Source: Tubulanus polymorphus
Lineage: Eukaryota > Animalia > Nemertea
NCBI RefSeq assembly: GCF_964204645.1
Contig: NC_134026.1
Span: forward strand, 21,920,150-21,984,149
Length of the DNA stretch: 64,000 bases
Direction: 5' to 3'
The notes under the pieces were generated by a model that made no database searches, had not been told where the DNA came from, and saw only the letters and a list, made by a program, of their open reading frames with translations. Made by a program: the position numbers and the translations under genes. Positions 22,673 through 37,182 of the stretch are shown piece after piece (within the stretch, counting starts at the first letter, position 1; each line of letters starts with the position of its first letter).

Positions 22673-24470
22673 TCCAACCGTTGTCAAAAGGAAACCTGCC
22701 CTATTCAAATAACATTTATCATCCATCATAATGGCTGGTCAAAGAGGATGAGTTGTAAGTGATCGAAATTTCATAAACGATATAACTAATTGACAATCAT
22801 GTCCAGCTCTGATGAAACCTTTGCCTCTTAAAAAGCCATTGCCCCAAAGACACCATTCCTTCATTCAGCTTATTATCCCCACCCGGCGCACAAGTAAAAG
22901 GAACTTCCATTTATAACATTATTGATCCGTACATTCCCACTACAGGATGTTTTGGTTGCTGGGAGAGCGCTGTAGAAAAAGCCGGTATCGATTGTGCGTC
23001 TGTCAGTTTGAATACGGATTGATTATGACGAAATGAGTCGACTTTCCTGTCGCGGCAAGTGCGCAGCGGAATGACCGCGCTTATATTCACCCGCCAGTGA
23101 TTGTAACAAGCAATTTACGATAGTTGTGACGCACCGATGACGCCATTTTCATGTCCCGCGGCGTACGGACGATTCCGGGGCTTAGGTCCGATCTTTTAAT
23201 AAACTTCATCGCCTAATGATGCTACTTATATTTCTCGATGTTTGCGTATCTGTTTACGTTATTTCCGCGGATTATTTCACCGCACGCGAACATGACACTG
23301 ACGCCGAATATCCGACGATTTCAAATGACAACCGGGCGACGTAAATACTGCAAATTTAATTAGCAAACCGGAGAAGTAACAGGAAATATGAATACAACAT
23401 CAATATTTCCACATTCTGTGCAAGGAGCAGCCTTTCATATCACTTCGAAAGATCGTATTTATGAATATACATGTATACTCGAACGTCTCAGGTTTTTGAA
23501 GAAAAATCAATGTACAGTTGTCAGATGATTTAATCCGCGTTCGAATCATAGGAAGCCGTATTTGATAAACCAACGAGAATCCGAAATGATCTTGTCAGAA
23601 AAATCATCTTCTATGTAATCTGACCATGTCATTTTATCCGTGTTACATGAAAACCTCTTTTGAGAATTGGATGACGCACGAGTCCCTAGAAATAAGTTGG
23701 CGATCAAATTGTCTAAGCGGTGTTAGATTAAAAAATTACTTTCAGAATATCATGGCTGGAAAAATAAACCACTAGTCCCTAGGAATAAGACTAGACCCTC
23801 ACATCCCTGGGAAAATTAATGTTTAAGATACATCAAGTTTTTTTTTGGTAGCATTCGAATATGTTTTCTCCACTTTCGAGAACATCTTACTAAAGTATGT
23901 AATGATGTAAAGCGAAGTCATGTTTAGGTTATACAAAATGTAAATTGTTGGAAAATTTTTTTTCTCAAAACAACGCAAAAATCTTTCATCCGCTAGTCAT
24001 ACCTGAGAATATGAAGCGATTTTCACAAAAATTTGTTTATCTCCTTCGAAGAATTTGTTTATTGTTTAATTCTGACAATAACTTGCATGCTTAACTCAAT
24101 GAAAATGAACATTCTTCATTTGTGTTGTGCCAAAACTGCTGCGTGGAATTCTGCATTGAATGAAGTTCACGAATGGCTGGGTATGAAAGCAATAATTAAA
24201 AGCTATGTTCACACAAATTTCATGGGGCACTAAACCAGCATTCACACGAGGATTTCACTATGGTACTGAAATACAGGTCTTAGCAAGCATCCTTATCCGC
24301 ACCAAAACCAGATCCAGGTATTGAGATGGCCTTGTAGGCCTATATTCTTAAGTGTAGACACAGATGAGGTGCTTAGCGCACAGCATTTTTCAGTTTGCTA
24401 CACTCGACCATTAGACCACTAGTTTAATCACGCATTTTAAATCACGCAAGTAAATTCAGCAAAAATTTAC

Positions 24471-24805
24471 CAAAATGGCTTCAACCTTGGACTCCTGAAT
24501 TCAATTTCAAGTGCATTATACAGCAAATGATGAAGAGATTCACCTAACAGTCTGTTACAAGCTTTAGCAAGGAACTTAATAGCAGTTGTAAAACCAAATT
24601 GGCGATTCAAACTACCATTAATGAAAGGACAGGAGAGCAGGGCAAGAATGTATTGAAAATACAAGAAAATGAAGGTAGAACAGAAACACCGTCTCGACCC
24701 CAGCATCGTATGCAGGCAATTTCTGCACCCTGTAAATGTGTTATTTCCGGAATCTTGTGTGAACACAGTTATTGCTACAGTGGATGATAAACAATGGACG
24801 TTCAT
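24471..24805 (-). CDS. PDE4: Candidate first exon (up to 111 aa) with a hydrophobic segment FIFLYFQYILALLSCPFI, phase 2
   Basis: ATG-initiated ORF whose stop falls in the donor TG|GTAAAT in phase 2; the donor is only moderate. Confidence 0.45.
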
Positions 24806-27800
24806 TTAGAGTGGAAACTTAATAAATACGGTGTTCTTTGAACTGATATTCAAGAGGGTGAAATTCTTCCAACGCAGATTGGAAAGCTGACTGATGACGT
24901 CGAAGACAAATTCCATCAGCATAAAGGTGTCCGAAAATGCTAATCCATTTATTCACCATCAGAAGATTTGTCACCTAGGCAAATAAGCAGGAACAGTCGG
25001 CTGTGTGTTATTAATACGACACCGGCTTGTCGATTTGTGGACTGATCGTCAAGTGAATTAACTCCGCTACAGAACATGCCACATAACTGAATTACGGCGA
25101 CGCTCTCGACGTGTTTGTTTTGAAGCGACTGACGAAGTGTTTAAATTGTTTACAAGCCATCACCGATGTTTCGATAACCATTCCGAACGAGATACCCGTG
25201 AAATTAGCATCATGCGAAAAAGTAACGTTATTTACCGAACCTTTGAGGTTTCCGTTGCCCCGTCGTTGAAGATTTGCGTTCCCGATTATCAGAAGCCGCC
25301 ATTTCTATATCCTAACAGCTTCCTTTAAATCGAGCTCATGTGCATGTGCGAATAGTGATATGTCTTTCGAAGATAAAACAAAACAGAAGTTGAGAATGAT
25401 ATCTCAAACACTCTACTGACAGCTCGGAATTTTCGACTATAACATGAAAAGTATCGGAATCAAATTTCTTATGGTATTCAAATACTTCAAGTTTAGCATG
25501 CCCTAGGAATGTATGCGGCCAATCGACAAAGAAATCCTGAAACATCAAATTCTTTTTATCGGCTGAATAAGCTATTTAAACAAGTGAAAAGCAACTTAAA
25601 AAATGCCAGCAACTTAAAGTTTGAAACTGACCAACCTTATTTCTTTCAGGGTTGGACAGAAGAGATTGATGATGACTCAATAAGCCTTGCCAAATCCTAT
25701 GAATGAAATATCCGTTACTATAATAAGAGCAAAGGATAATGAAGATGAATGGCCTAGAAATGATTAATTAAAGTAAAATGTCACGACTTGAGCAGATACC
25801 TTTAATTTAACATGATCGAGAAGTAACTCATCAGGTTCGTTGTCTACTAGGGCTGACAAACAGCCACTGAACTGTGATGGATGGACTGCAACATTCAAAA
25901 ATAGATACTATACTGAATGAAGCTACATAATGGCTGTTGACTATCGATATTGGCAATTGTCATCTTCCCAGCCAACCATTCAAAATTGAAAAGTAGGCAA
26001 ATGAATTATGCGATAAAACTATCTTAGGCTTTGCACAAATGATATTATTTCTATCTGTCATTTTCTTGTTTTTGCATTTTTGCTACTCCTTCGCAATGGG
26101 GGACATCTTCGCTTTGACAATATTAACATGCCCGGAGTTGCTTAAATTCAATCAATTAAGATAAATGACACATCTGCAATTCAAATCATGACTGGCAATG
26201 GAATAGCAACCTTTTGTCATGCTACACTAGATAATTCAGTTCGAATTGCAATAGCGGGAATATTGCTGCAATAGCACGCGTGAATTTGATTGATTTCTAC
26301 AAAGAATATCGACGTCTTTTGTCACGTAATCCCATCAAGGTTTCGCACAGGTATATCGTACTGAGCCTTACGCTCCCAGTTCGTCTACAAAAAGCTTACT
26401 AGTTATTAGCATCGTCCGTATTGACAGGTCAACAACCGAGCTACATCCTAAAAAGTACAATCTTCATGAAGTTTTGCTGGTTTTCCATGATACGGGTGTC
26501 AATGCAAAGGCTGTGGTTGGTGCGAATACGGGTACAGGTATTTTGACTCTACGAAATTGGCATAAACACGGTTATCATCACATGGGTTTGGTTCTCCGCT
26601 GCAGCGCAACCGGTTCCCAGTTCCAACATTTTGTTAAATGTCTGTCCTCTCCACGCTGCACCGATATGTATCCACTCTTGACTAGGATATCCTAGTCCTT
26701 GCACCGTACAATACTAGGCTGCAAAGGTGGATGTGCACAAAATCGCTGCATGAGCTAGTGGTGAAAATGCAGCCGCACCTGTCCACAAGTTGCGCAGCCG
26801 CGTTGTCGGAGCAGATAATGGGAAATACAGTGATCGATTCTGCACCCATCCTACCTCTTATGTCTGCGCCTATCTTGCGGAAAAACGGCTTTAGCTTTTA
26901 TTTCATGGCGCTCAATAACGTTAACAAGACCTTTTAGTTAGAAACTATGCAATCTTAGGCAAATACGAGATTGATCATCAAAGCAGCCTTGAACGATGAT
27001 ATGATAGCTATTAAATCTCTAAACACCTGCTCACCATATTTATAAGCAGTGCCTTTCCATCAAAGCATCCCTCGTACAAGATTAAGGAGTACAAGATTAA
27101 GGAGTTCACAAACGCGACAATCATGCGCAAAATGTTCTCTTAAGATGGACGTGCGAATAAAAACCATCTGTTATATGGCCGCTTAGGCTCATCAGTGTCG
27201 CAGGGCTAATATTTCTCGATTTATATTCGCGTTAATACACATTTCTGTCGACTTCCGCCGACGTACTGTAATTCGCGACACCGTCTCATAATGGTTATCG
27301 GTGTCTTTGACAATAACGGAAATTGGTGAGCGTCCATCTTCGCGGCAGCTCGATGAACAAGATCAGGTGGAATGCTTCTCCGGTCATTCATCATTCATAC
27401 GCATACACGCGCCGTCGACATTGATGGTAAAAGCTTACATACAGCTTATGTTGATGTTCAACGTATGTAATCTACAGATGTCAAAGCAGCAAATACGCCG
27501 AATAAATAGAAAGGGACATTATTTTCAAGAAAGATGAAGAAGATCACGAAGTCGATGAACGCGTCCAGAAACATTGCATACATGAATGAATACAAGCACT
27601 ATTTTTGTCATTCTAATCATTGAATGAACTAATATGCTATATATTAATGTAACAAAGTTTCCTTCAATATGACCTTCACCTTATAACTGCATTACTAGTA
27701 TCCACCAAGGATTCTAGTTTCCATCAGGATATGCTGTGGGTCTCGAATAACAATTCAATGAAAATTTCAAGACTTAATCTTGACTTCATCCTTTCAAATG

Positions 27801-29299
27801 AATATCATTCCTCAATGTACAAGAACGACATGTTCAGTATCTATTTGAATTGTGACATCTTCTACCGATGCCTGCCCTATAGCCTGTGATAGCCACCATC
27901 AAAAGAAATTAAACACAACATCCGAAAAACAACTTCTCACAGACGTCAGCGAAACATTACCATCGGACTTGTTAACTGAATTTGTCCGATTGAACTTTTG
28001 TCGATTGCCGAGATCAAAACGACGCTTAACCGACGACAGAAATAGCATTGAAAGATCGAATGACGTATGAAGCTGATTGCCTTCAGAAATATGAGCTTCA
28101 CAACTGCGATTTTGAACAATTCATACACATTAACTACAATGTTGAACTCCTGACTTAATAAGATAAAACAGAATGTATTCAACAGTTATATAAACTGTTG
28201 ATTCAATTCGTCGTAGCGATTTCCAGATGATGATGATGATATAAACCTATTTCATAACATGTTTTCAAAGCAAAATAGAAATATCATCTTTTGTTTCATT
28301 TGTCATATTGATCAAAATGCTCTACGGAGATAAGCCGACAATACCAAAAATCTTAATCGTAAATCGTTGGGCACGACCAACGGATATTAAAAGATAAGCA
28401 GCAGTTGTAAAAGGACAGAGAACCAGCCCCTGGGATGCCCTTAATACCTCACGACCTGTGATATGAATGCATCACCGGTGAAAGGCATAACTCCAAAAAA
28501 GCAGCTAATCATCCAACCAAAACCGACAATTCAGATTACGATAAGTCAATAGCAATAAACTGTGCAGCCATTGTGCGTTGACTTGGAAGAAGATTGAGCA
28601 CCTGTCATTTCAAAGCTCAGGAGATCAAACTTCGATTGTGCCTAATGTGCAGTTGGCAGCATTTCAGCATTTCACTGTTTGATTGTGACATTTGATTGTG
28701 AAAACATCGACTTAATCGGCCATATTGGATGTATGTGGACAAAGCGATGAATGCCGAGTTATAAGAAACAGCTATCAAATGCTGCAGCACTTACATGATA
28801 ATCATTGGATAACCGAGTTACGTCATGTTTGACGACGAGCTAAAAGCATCTAAATTGAATACGGCCACGCCCTTGTAGGGTTTCATTCCGATGAATTCAT
28901 ACAAACAGGGGCAATAATCACCAGGGTCGATCGAAATGACCACACCTGAGGCATCATAGAATAACTAATAAACATTGCGTTTAGATTTGTAAAATAAACA
29001 TCAACCGATAATAGGGTTATAATGATTCTAGGACCTCCCATCCGCACCACATTTATCCCCATAACTGCACCATTAGATGTTGACATTGCGACGACCTACA
29101 GAACCTAGAGGCGCATGATCTTATAGTACACCAATGGCAGTTGCTTATAATATTCTTGTTTTCTCGGTGAAAGGTGTATTCATGTAGAACCTCCGAGGTA
29201 GAGCACAGCAGAAAAGAGTGATCTTAGAAATCATGATGAATAAATGCGTCCAAATTATGATATCCTGCTTTATGCCGTGTGAGGAATTACCTGTCTTAC

Positions 29300-29406
29300 C
29301 AATGTCTAAACTTTGATTTCCTGAGTCGGGAAAGAGAATTATTACATGAACAATACAGTCTAGATGGACACTTCCTCGGACTTTTGGGGTGAAATTCGAG
29401 GTTATC
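29300..29406 (-). CDS. Candidate internal exon (phase 0-2) DNLEFHPKSPRKCPSRLYCSCNNSLSRLRKSKFRH(C)
   Basis: Acceptor TTAGCTTCATCCTAG|, donor TG|GTAAGA with a second donor CAG|GTAATT 9 nt further; upstream partner exon not identified. Confidence 0.3.
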
Positions 29407-29973
29407 CTAGGATGAAGCTAACAAAATTTCGCTATTCATTCCTACATATTATGCACTGAGTGACTCCATGATTTTTTTCTAAAGACTTTTTCTCTGGCTT
29501 CGACGACAACGACGACCACGACGACGATCATTCATCAATATAGATTTCATTACTTCATCTCTGTAACGAGCAGTGGTCTAACTGTTATATTGACTTTTAC
29601 TGGGAATGCCATTATTTACATCGGCAATGGTTTCAATTCACAAATGAATTCCCACAACAACTCGTGAAAACATTGTTCTACTCCTAACACCGGCATACTG
29701 ATCTGTGTGGTTCATTGAGTGACACTTTTTGTTGCGGTTGGCAGACATGAGACGTGTTTAGGTGTATTGAATTATGAATGCAAACGGGCCCATTTACAGC
29801 ATGATTTAAGATTTCCCATCTATAAAAGAAATGCGATCTTAGTCAGGTCATATAGGGTAACAACTAAAATTTGTCAGCAGATTTGATAATGAAAATGAAA
29901 TTTACATGGAGTGGGGAGAAGTTTGAATTAACTGATCAAGTCAGTGAAACACAGATCAAAAACCTGGATCATT

Positions 29974-30070
29974 AGCCGCGATTAAACAAGCGATTATAGC
30001 CCATCTGTAAACATCTGTTCACAAGGGGGCAAGGCTCGACCAAAAACGTCGGACCAGGTCCAAGCCAAAT
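29974..30070 (-). mobile_element. MITE family A, degenerate fragment
   Basis: AGCCGCGATT start; CTGTTCAC and CCAAAAACGTCGGACCAGG shared with the 51852 copy. Confidence 0.65.
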
Positions 30071-30860
30071 CATTGTGTGTCAATCGCTAAAAGTGAATCA
30101 CACACAATGACAGAAGATACCAACCTGGAAATCATGCTACAACAACAGAAATGTCATAAGGAACTGAATTATATTCAAAATGGTCACTCATTAATGAATT
30201 CCATATTTCTGTGAACACAAAATCAAATGAGCATTTATCAGACCAGGGAGGTCCACTGGAGGGGGATAATTGTTAAACAATTACTTAGTACCCCCCCCCC
30301 TTTCTGGGTCATATTTAGTAATAGATATGTACATAAAAGGGAGAGGATAAGTCTTGGAGGCATTTTCAAGTGAAATGGATTAAAAGCAGAGAGATACCTA
30401 TCACACAGCATGTCTCGTCACATCGGAGTAACAAATATCCGAGTAAAGAAGACCGTCCCTCGGGATATCGCCTGATGATATATAGACAATCAATTCACAA
30501 AGGGCGATACTTCAACTACTCCGAAATTGCAGCATTTGATGATGGCGGTTTTTCACGACAAATTACGATTAGATGAAAATCCCGATAAACGACATCATAC
30601 TTCATCTTCTGTGACAACGAATCAAAACGTTCTCACGACATTTAAAAATCCCTTGCATGAAATTTCTACAATTTCCTGTTTTGTTGTAGGTTTGCCATCG
30701 ATACAGCACAATCAACAGTTCAAAACTGGGCAAAATTTCAAAATTGGGCAGACCAGCTCCGCATGAAATTTAAACTTCAATATATATTCAATGAAATCAA
30801 CACTTCACCTTTGATACCGGACATCATTGCCACGGTAGCCATAGTTTCAGATGCTATGCT

Positions 30861-30965
30861 GGGTCCGGTTCCACAGTCGTGAGTAACAGTTAACTCCGAG
30901 TTAAACTCAGTTCATTTTCAATGAGTTAACTGAGTCAAATCTTAACTCACAGTGGAACTGGATCC
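30861..30965. mobile_element. ~105-bp MITE, GGGTCCGGTTCCACAG / GTGGAACTGGATCC ends
   Basis: Imperfect inverted termini; ends resemble the 6651 array; related fragment near 53420-53454. Confidence 0.7.
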
Positions 30966-31950
30966 TGATGTCTAGCATTTTGGGGCATCTTCACATTTTT
31001 TGTTAATTCGCAGAAATAACCGTGCTGTGCATTGCAATTTTGCCCATGGTATATACAGAACTTTGTTCTTTTTTTTATAAAATTGTGAGACAATATATTC
31101 AATTCAAGTTCTAAAGTCAAAATATGCAGAGATGGCGAAGTTATATTCCACGAAGTGTAAATTAAGTAATTCAAAATTTGAACAGCAACAGGCGCATATC
31201 TCTTGAAATATTGTATCAGGCAATACATTCACTAAAATTTTTGTTCAATACGCATATTCTATATGGATTAACATTTACAGGTCAAAAAGTCAGCGAGAAT
31301 GAGATTTTCAGCATCTGTTACAAGTGCAATGGGAAACCAAAAGGCCAGTTGATGATTCACCCCCACTACCAGTGTTGATGCACCACCAGGTGGTTCTATT
31401 GGCTGTAGCCAATTTAATCGAAATCAATTATGTTTAATTAATAAGTACACCTATCAAATGAATGAATTTTCAACTTTTGGACTCTTTGGATTGAAGGAGG
31501 TTGATATTTCATAAAACAATTCTTCAATGTTCTAGATTCCACATCTAGAAGTTAAGTAAAGGTAGTCCAAATACCAGGGAACTACCATCGTTCCAATTTT
31601 GGATATGCGAAAATCTGCAGCCGTCGCAATATTTCATCCTGCGATGATGCATCATCCTACGATGATGATGATGATAAGACAAGTAATTAGTAGTTAATCC
31701 TTTGATAAAGTACAGATTTTAAATTTTCTGCGCTGCGCAGACGTTTCTTTATAGATGCATAACATCAATGAAAGAAAGCGCGATCGTAAAATGAATTCGC
31801 TCAGCGGATAATTACGTGGAAAACGCAAAACTGTTAATAAGCTTGATCTAGATACAAATACTTCAGCAGTAAAAGCCGATAAAGAATGGCGACGCGTCAA
31901 TCCCGCTCGCCGCAACCTGCCATCATTCCTACTCTGAAGTGCCAGTCTAA

Positions 31951-32273
31951 AGCCGGGCGTAGGTCGGCCTTGCGACGCGACGCGATCGTCGCGTTGCGTC
32001 ACAAGTGGCCGCGCAAGTCGGTTGCGACGCGATTGTCAGCGACTGTGTGCGACTAGTTGCTCCCAGTCGCAAGCACGCGTAGATCGGTTGCGACGGTCGC
32101 GTCGCATCGCAGAAAGTAGAACATGTGCGACTCATTGCGACTGGCGTCGCTGGCAGTCGCAACCCGTCGCTGGCAGTCGCAAGGTAGCGTAGGTCGGTTG
32201 GTCGTTGCGACGCGATCGTCGCTGGCGGTCGCAGTGAGTCGCAAGCCGTCGCAAGGCCGACCTACGCCCGCCT
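31951..32273. mobile_element. PIF/Harbinger-type MITE, 323 bp, with GTCGC/GCGAC subrepeats
   Basis: 26-bp TIR AG(C/G)CGGGCGTAGGTCGGCCTTGCGAC; TAA target duplication at 31948-31950 and 32274-32276. Confidence 0.92.
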
Positions 32274-34272
32274 TAAGGAAACTGAATTCGAGTTTCTATA
32301 CCAAACCTGGAAGATTCGAAAGTGGCTAAAGAAAGGGGTAGTTTAGATTTAATCTCAGAAAGAAGGCGCCAGTTACTATGGCAGAATATAGCTGACAGGT
32401 ATACATAATCATAAAACCTCCAGATTTATTAAGAGCTTCATTCAATCCACAGGTCGGATCTATTCTAATGCACAGCAACCCCGGAATTGGCTCTCGATGA
32501 GTTTTTATATTGTATGCTAAACATCAAGTTCATAATCCAGACAAGGCGAGATTTTCAATCCCGATTTATCCAAATCTTAATCAATAATTTACTTTTCACC
32601 GAATGAAGAAATCACTTTTTGAGTATTCAATGTAAATTCAACTAAGTACGATTTCAAAATCATTGATGAAATTTTTTGAATGAAATTCTATGAACTGCAT
32701 CAATTCCGACATAAATTGTACTTCGGCATTTTTTCGCATTTATCATTTTCTTGAAGAGCCACTTCAGAACCTCGCGATGGCCATCCATCACAATCGACTT
32801 CGCTTCAAATTAAACATTTCAGTCGAAATTTCTTTTAGAAAAAAGGTATTGAATTTCAACGTTTGATCGCAACATCGAAAATGTCCTTACACGCGCCGAT
32901 ACGCCGGCATTGCATCGTTACGAAAAGACATCTCGTTTTGATGGATGAGAACCGCAAGTTAAATGAATTATTCGAAGCACATAGGCTGTTGACAATGTCG
33001 CTACCTGATGAAGAAGGAGGATCGATAGCGATAAAAAATTAATGCGGACATCCGACTAAACCCGCCGACTGTTCAGCGTCGCAGCAACTCAATCATAAGT
33101 CAACTCTGAATTAATCAACACCCCGGCTGCTAGTGGTTCGCTCTAAAATGGATCCTAGTGGCGCAAAGTGCGCGATAAAACCACAAATCTTAATATACTA
33201 CCGTTGTTACCTGTGCGATCATTTATCGTAACAAAACAGCTTCGTGGGGGTATTTTCTTGATTAGCAACCGCGAATAAACAAGTCAATGCAAATAGGGTA
33301 CTGTCACAACTGGATTTCTTTGCATATTGCCTGTTCAACAATGGTATGAAAATAGATACAACAAAGTCTTCGTTATCAAAATCTGAATGGTGTAAATGAT
33401 GGACACATTTCCGCATTCAAATTTTCCCGTGTTACAAGTGACACATAATATATGATCAACCATTGTAGTAATATGATTATTTAATACGATCATTTTCAAT
33501 CAAATCATTTGGCTTCATGCTTGCACTGTATAGCTATGATTAACAACTGAAAGTCACGGCAATGCCATATGCTAATGCATAGTATCGTTATCATATTCTA
33601 TAACGCGATTTTCTGAATAGTGGTCAAAATCACCTCTACTAGTGAGCGCCAACTATCGATGTACTTTAGTTTCAAATATCGTAATGCCGGTAATGCCGAA
33701 ATATATCGCGAATGTATATCGAAAAATGACTTTCTTCAATCTGAGATGTGACCTGTCAACCATTAGTTAACATGAATTATAGAGTTTAGCGAGTACATAG
33801 TCTACATAGAAACATTGTAGCAACATTTTAGCCTCAGGCGTCTTAATGATTTATTTTCGAGTCTAAGAAACACAGCGAATTGAATTTATTTGACGGTAAA
33901 TAATGTCTGATGTAAATAGCTACAATTGCCTTAAGTGGGTTCCGCACGAACGAACATAGCGCCATAATAAGATTTTTCTTGAATAGTCAGTCTCAATTAT
34001 GGCCACTTCAACCATTCCGTTCTAGGGCGAAAGTGCTGGATAAAACGTCAACCGTGAAAAAGCACAAGATTATCTAACTATACAGACACAAAGAAACCCC
34101 GGCTGGAGTCCCTTAAACGCTGGTTTGAAAGTGAAAGTTTATGATAGCTGACCTGTCGAGACAGAGAAAAATAAATGAAAATTCTATAGTTTTTGAGTAT
34201 ACGCATTCAAAAAAGACATGGAGAGGTCAAAAAGTTGTTCTTAAATGGCTTTTTTTATATATATTCACTTAC

Positions 34273-34343
34273 CCACAAATCCAGGAGTGCCGACGTCTGG
34301 CCGCACCATCGACGTTGGAGGGAACTGACAGAAAGGACATCAT
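34273..34343 (-). CDS. PDE4: PDE4D3-like first coding exon MMSFLSVPSNVDGAARRRHSWIC(G)
   Basis: RRHSWIC matches the human PDE4D3 N-terminus (FRRHSWICFDVDNG); donor GG|GTAAGT, phase 2, joins the FDVENG exon in frame. Confidence 0.93.
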
Positions 34344-36851
34344 CTCTATACGTTGGTGGTTTACAATAATCTAACGTTCACTATTAGCATGCTAGTCTCT
34401 GCAACAACATGTTGCCGATGACCACATTTTCGAACGGATTGAAAACCTACGACGCCAACTGTCACCGAAACTTGCGCATATGGTCAGTGCGGGTCTTTGG
34501 GCTGGACAGATTTTGAAAACTATCCTGACATTCGTCCCGAACTTAATCCGTCGTTTCGATTTCCGATGATATTCCGAACATCAATAATGACAACAATCTA
34601 TGAGTTCACGAATCTCAAAGTAACTCAGCTCTTTGCATTGACACGTATTTACCGTCGACAAATAAAGGCATGTGCGTTTACGTGTATGTGTCGAGCTATT
34701 GACCGCTCGCTCTCTAGTCCGGTTGCCTCTCGAAGCACACACACACACACTGCGCGCTCTGCTCACGGTCTATCACTGCGATTGATTTCAACTGCTTCAA
34801 AACGTTGCCGGCTGTAACCGTATCGACTAGAAATGCGTTCAATCACAGCCGATCAATCAAACGTAGCGATTGCAGCTCCAAACGCACGCATGCATGCGCG
34901 ATGCTTATTTCGATGTAAACGCGCGATCCGCCGTCGAAATCAAACTGAAAGTCCATACGTGATTTGTCTACTACGTCATTTGTCTACTATACGTCGTGAC
35001 TGTGTACTTAACCATAAATAATGATCCTCCTCTTAAAAACTATACACATATACATACGCGAGCATTGCACAAACTTTCTCCCGTTTGCTGTCGCGTGCGC
35101 TGGCAAAATATTGATATTACACGAGACGCATGACGCTTCACCGTTTGATCCAATCGAGAAGTCGCTTTAAATGCCACAAAAGAATCGCATTCAAAAGAAT
35201 CGCATATTTATGGTCTTGAAAGCCTTAAGCCATTTAAAGCTAATTAAAACTCATCGACAATGAATTAGCATTTCGTATTAATCCGTGTAAGTACCGTTCT
35301 CAAAATGCTCTGCTAAGCTTCAGGCGAGATCACCTTGGATAGTATTCCTCCTTAGAACCCTGCTACGTAAGCACGATGCATAATTAACACTTGGAAGTAA
35401 AGTTATTTTGAGCAATCGCTAATTGAAAACCTCAAATATAACAAATTAACAAATGATAATATTACATTTACAGAGCGGAGAAAATCAGCCAGGCACGGCT
35501 AGTTGAGACTGAGTTCAAGAGAATCTGGAATTTACATAACTAAGTAAGTCTAGTTCGAATATCAGCCTCCTCTAATTAGACAGAAGCGCAAATGTATCAA
35601 TTAACTATGCAAAAATATGCAAATCACTGATGTTCAGTAGTTCATTAGTAGTGCACTAACCCTTGTAACTGAAGATCAGAGCGATTCTGTAAAAATCAAA
35701 GCACCAGAAACATTCCCCGTGACCTTATGACTGGATAATCATCAGTCAATAAACATTCAATCGAATTCGAAGAGATATATATTCTACTCGTTGCCGGTAA
35801 TCGTTTTTGCTTAGATACTCCCATAGGTTTCGCGATTCGCTTTGTTTAGGAGTTGGTTTCATTTTGCAGAATATTTTCTACAAATATGCTGAATCCATTT
35901 GTGCAGTAAATTATCATCTTCAAGCACAGACAAATGACCGAGAACCACGACTAGCAACTTGCAATGAATTTGAATGCCGAAATACTCAATATCTAGACCA
36001 GTAAATTCCCACAGCGAAATCAAATAAAGTCCCACTCAATAAATCCTATGGGTATATTGGATTTCTCCAGCTCAAATACGCTAAGTAAAACTTGAAGTAT
36101 TAGACCAATCCATTTCAAATACGCTACAGTAGGTTAGGGCTTTCTAACCATACATATACACATTGTATATAATGCGTTGTCTCAAGTTGTTCACAACAAA
36201 GTTGCCCAGGACTTTCACCAATACATTAAATGTGTAAAGCATCAGTATGTAGAGCTGGGTGTGGACTAGTGTGATAGAGAAATCATTTAAACATCACAGT
36301 CCGAGTATCAACTATCATAGAGTAAATACTAAATGCTGTTTCTGTCCATAGCAAAGAAAGTGAAAATCAACTGTGTTTGATCATGGTGGAGAATGTCGAT
36401 TCAAACAAAAATGCCTATTTCACTTTCCTATCAGCTAAATTCTTAAAAAATCCTTTAGTACATTAAAATGCATTGTATTCCAAACATCAAAATCATTATT
36501 TGATGTAGTCAGTGGGATCACTGTTTATCATGATATCAAGCATGGTTTCACAAACTTCTTTTCTTGTATGATATTCCAAATTTCACCACACGAATGGCAA
36601 AAATCTTCTTTTGGGAAAAAAAGTATCCAGAGCCGAGCTACCGCAGCCATCCGAGACATACAGTTCGAAATCCTCCAGGCGAAATCCATCCCAACCTACA
36701 GCACGTACATTATCACGAGAAATGCCAAAAATTCAATTTTCCGTCGCTGAAATGAAATCAATCCATCCGCACAACGTAGCCCCACATTCGCAGTACAGGT
36801 TAAGAACTAGGTCAAACAAATCATCGTTATTAATAACTGCTTTGAAATTAA

Positions 36852-37182
36852 AGCTGGTGACAGACTAGGCCAATTTCCTCGGGGTATCATTCTCTGAATA
36901 ATTCACCAGGTTGGCACATAAGGGAGATTTCGGTGCACCGAATAGATTCCCTCATCAAATGATCACACGATTCAGTATTTACTTCTTAACCATGTTTTTT
37001 TCAGTGGAGGCGATACGCTAGGCGAATTTGGCAATCGCTGAAAAAAAGATTTGGCGATATAATACCTAGTATGCTCAAGTGGATTTGTTTTTTTAGAAAA
37101 TACGCATCGCATCCCTCGACACACTATGCGAAATTTGGCAAGTCCATTTGCCGATGAAATTTGCCTTGTCTGTCAAGGGGGT
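36852..37182. mobile_element. Degenerate Harbinger-like MITE
   Basis: TGACAGACTAGGCCAATTTC / GAAATTTGCCTTGTCTGTCA inverted ends, TAA on both flanks. Confidence 0.65.

Noticed and set aside
31947-32329. Overlapping ORFs and short repeats suggestive of a gene or CRISPR-like array
   Set aside because: Internal subrepeats of a TIR/TSD-bounded MITE; no repeat-spacer periodicity and a eukaryotic context
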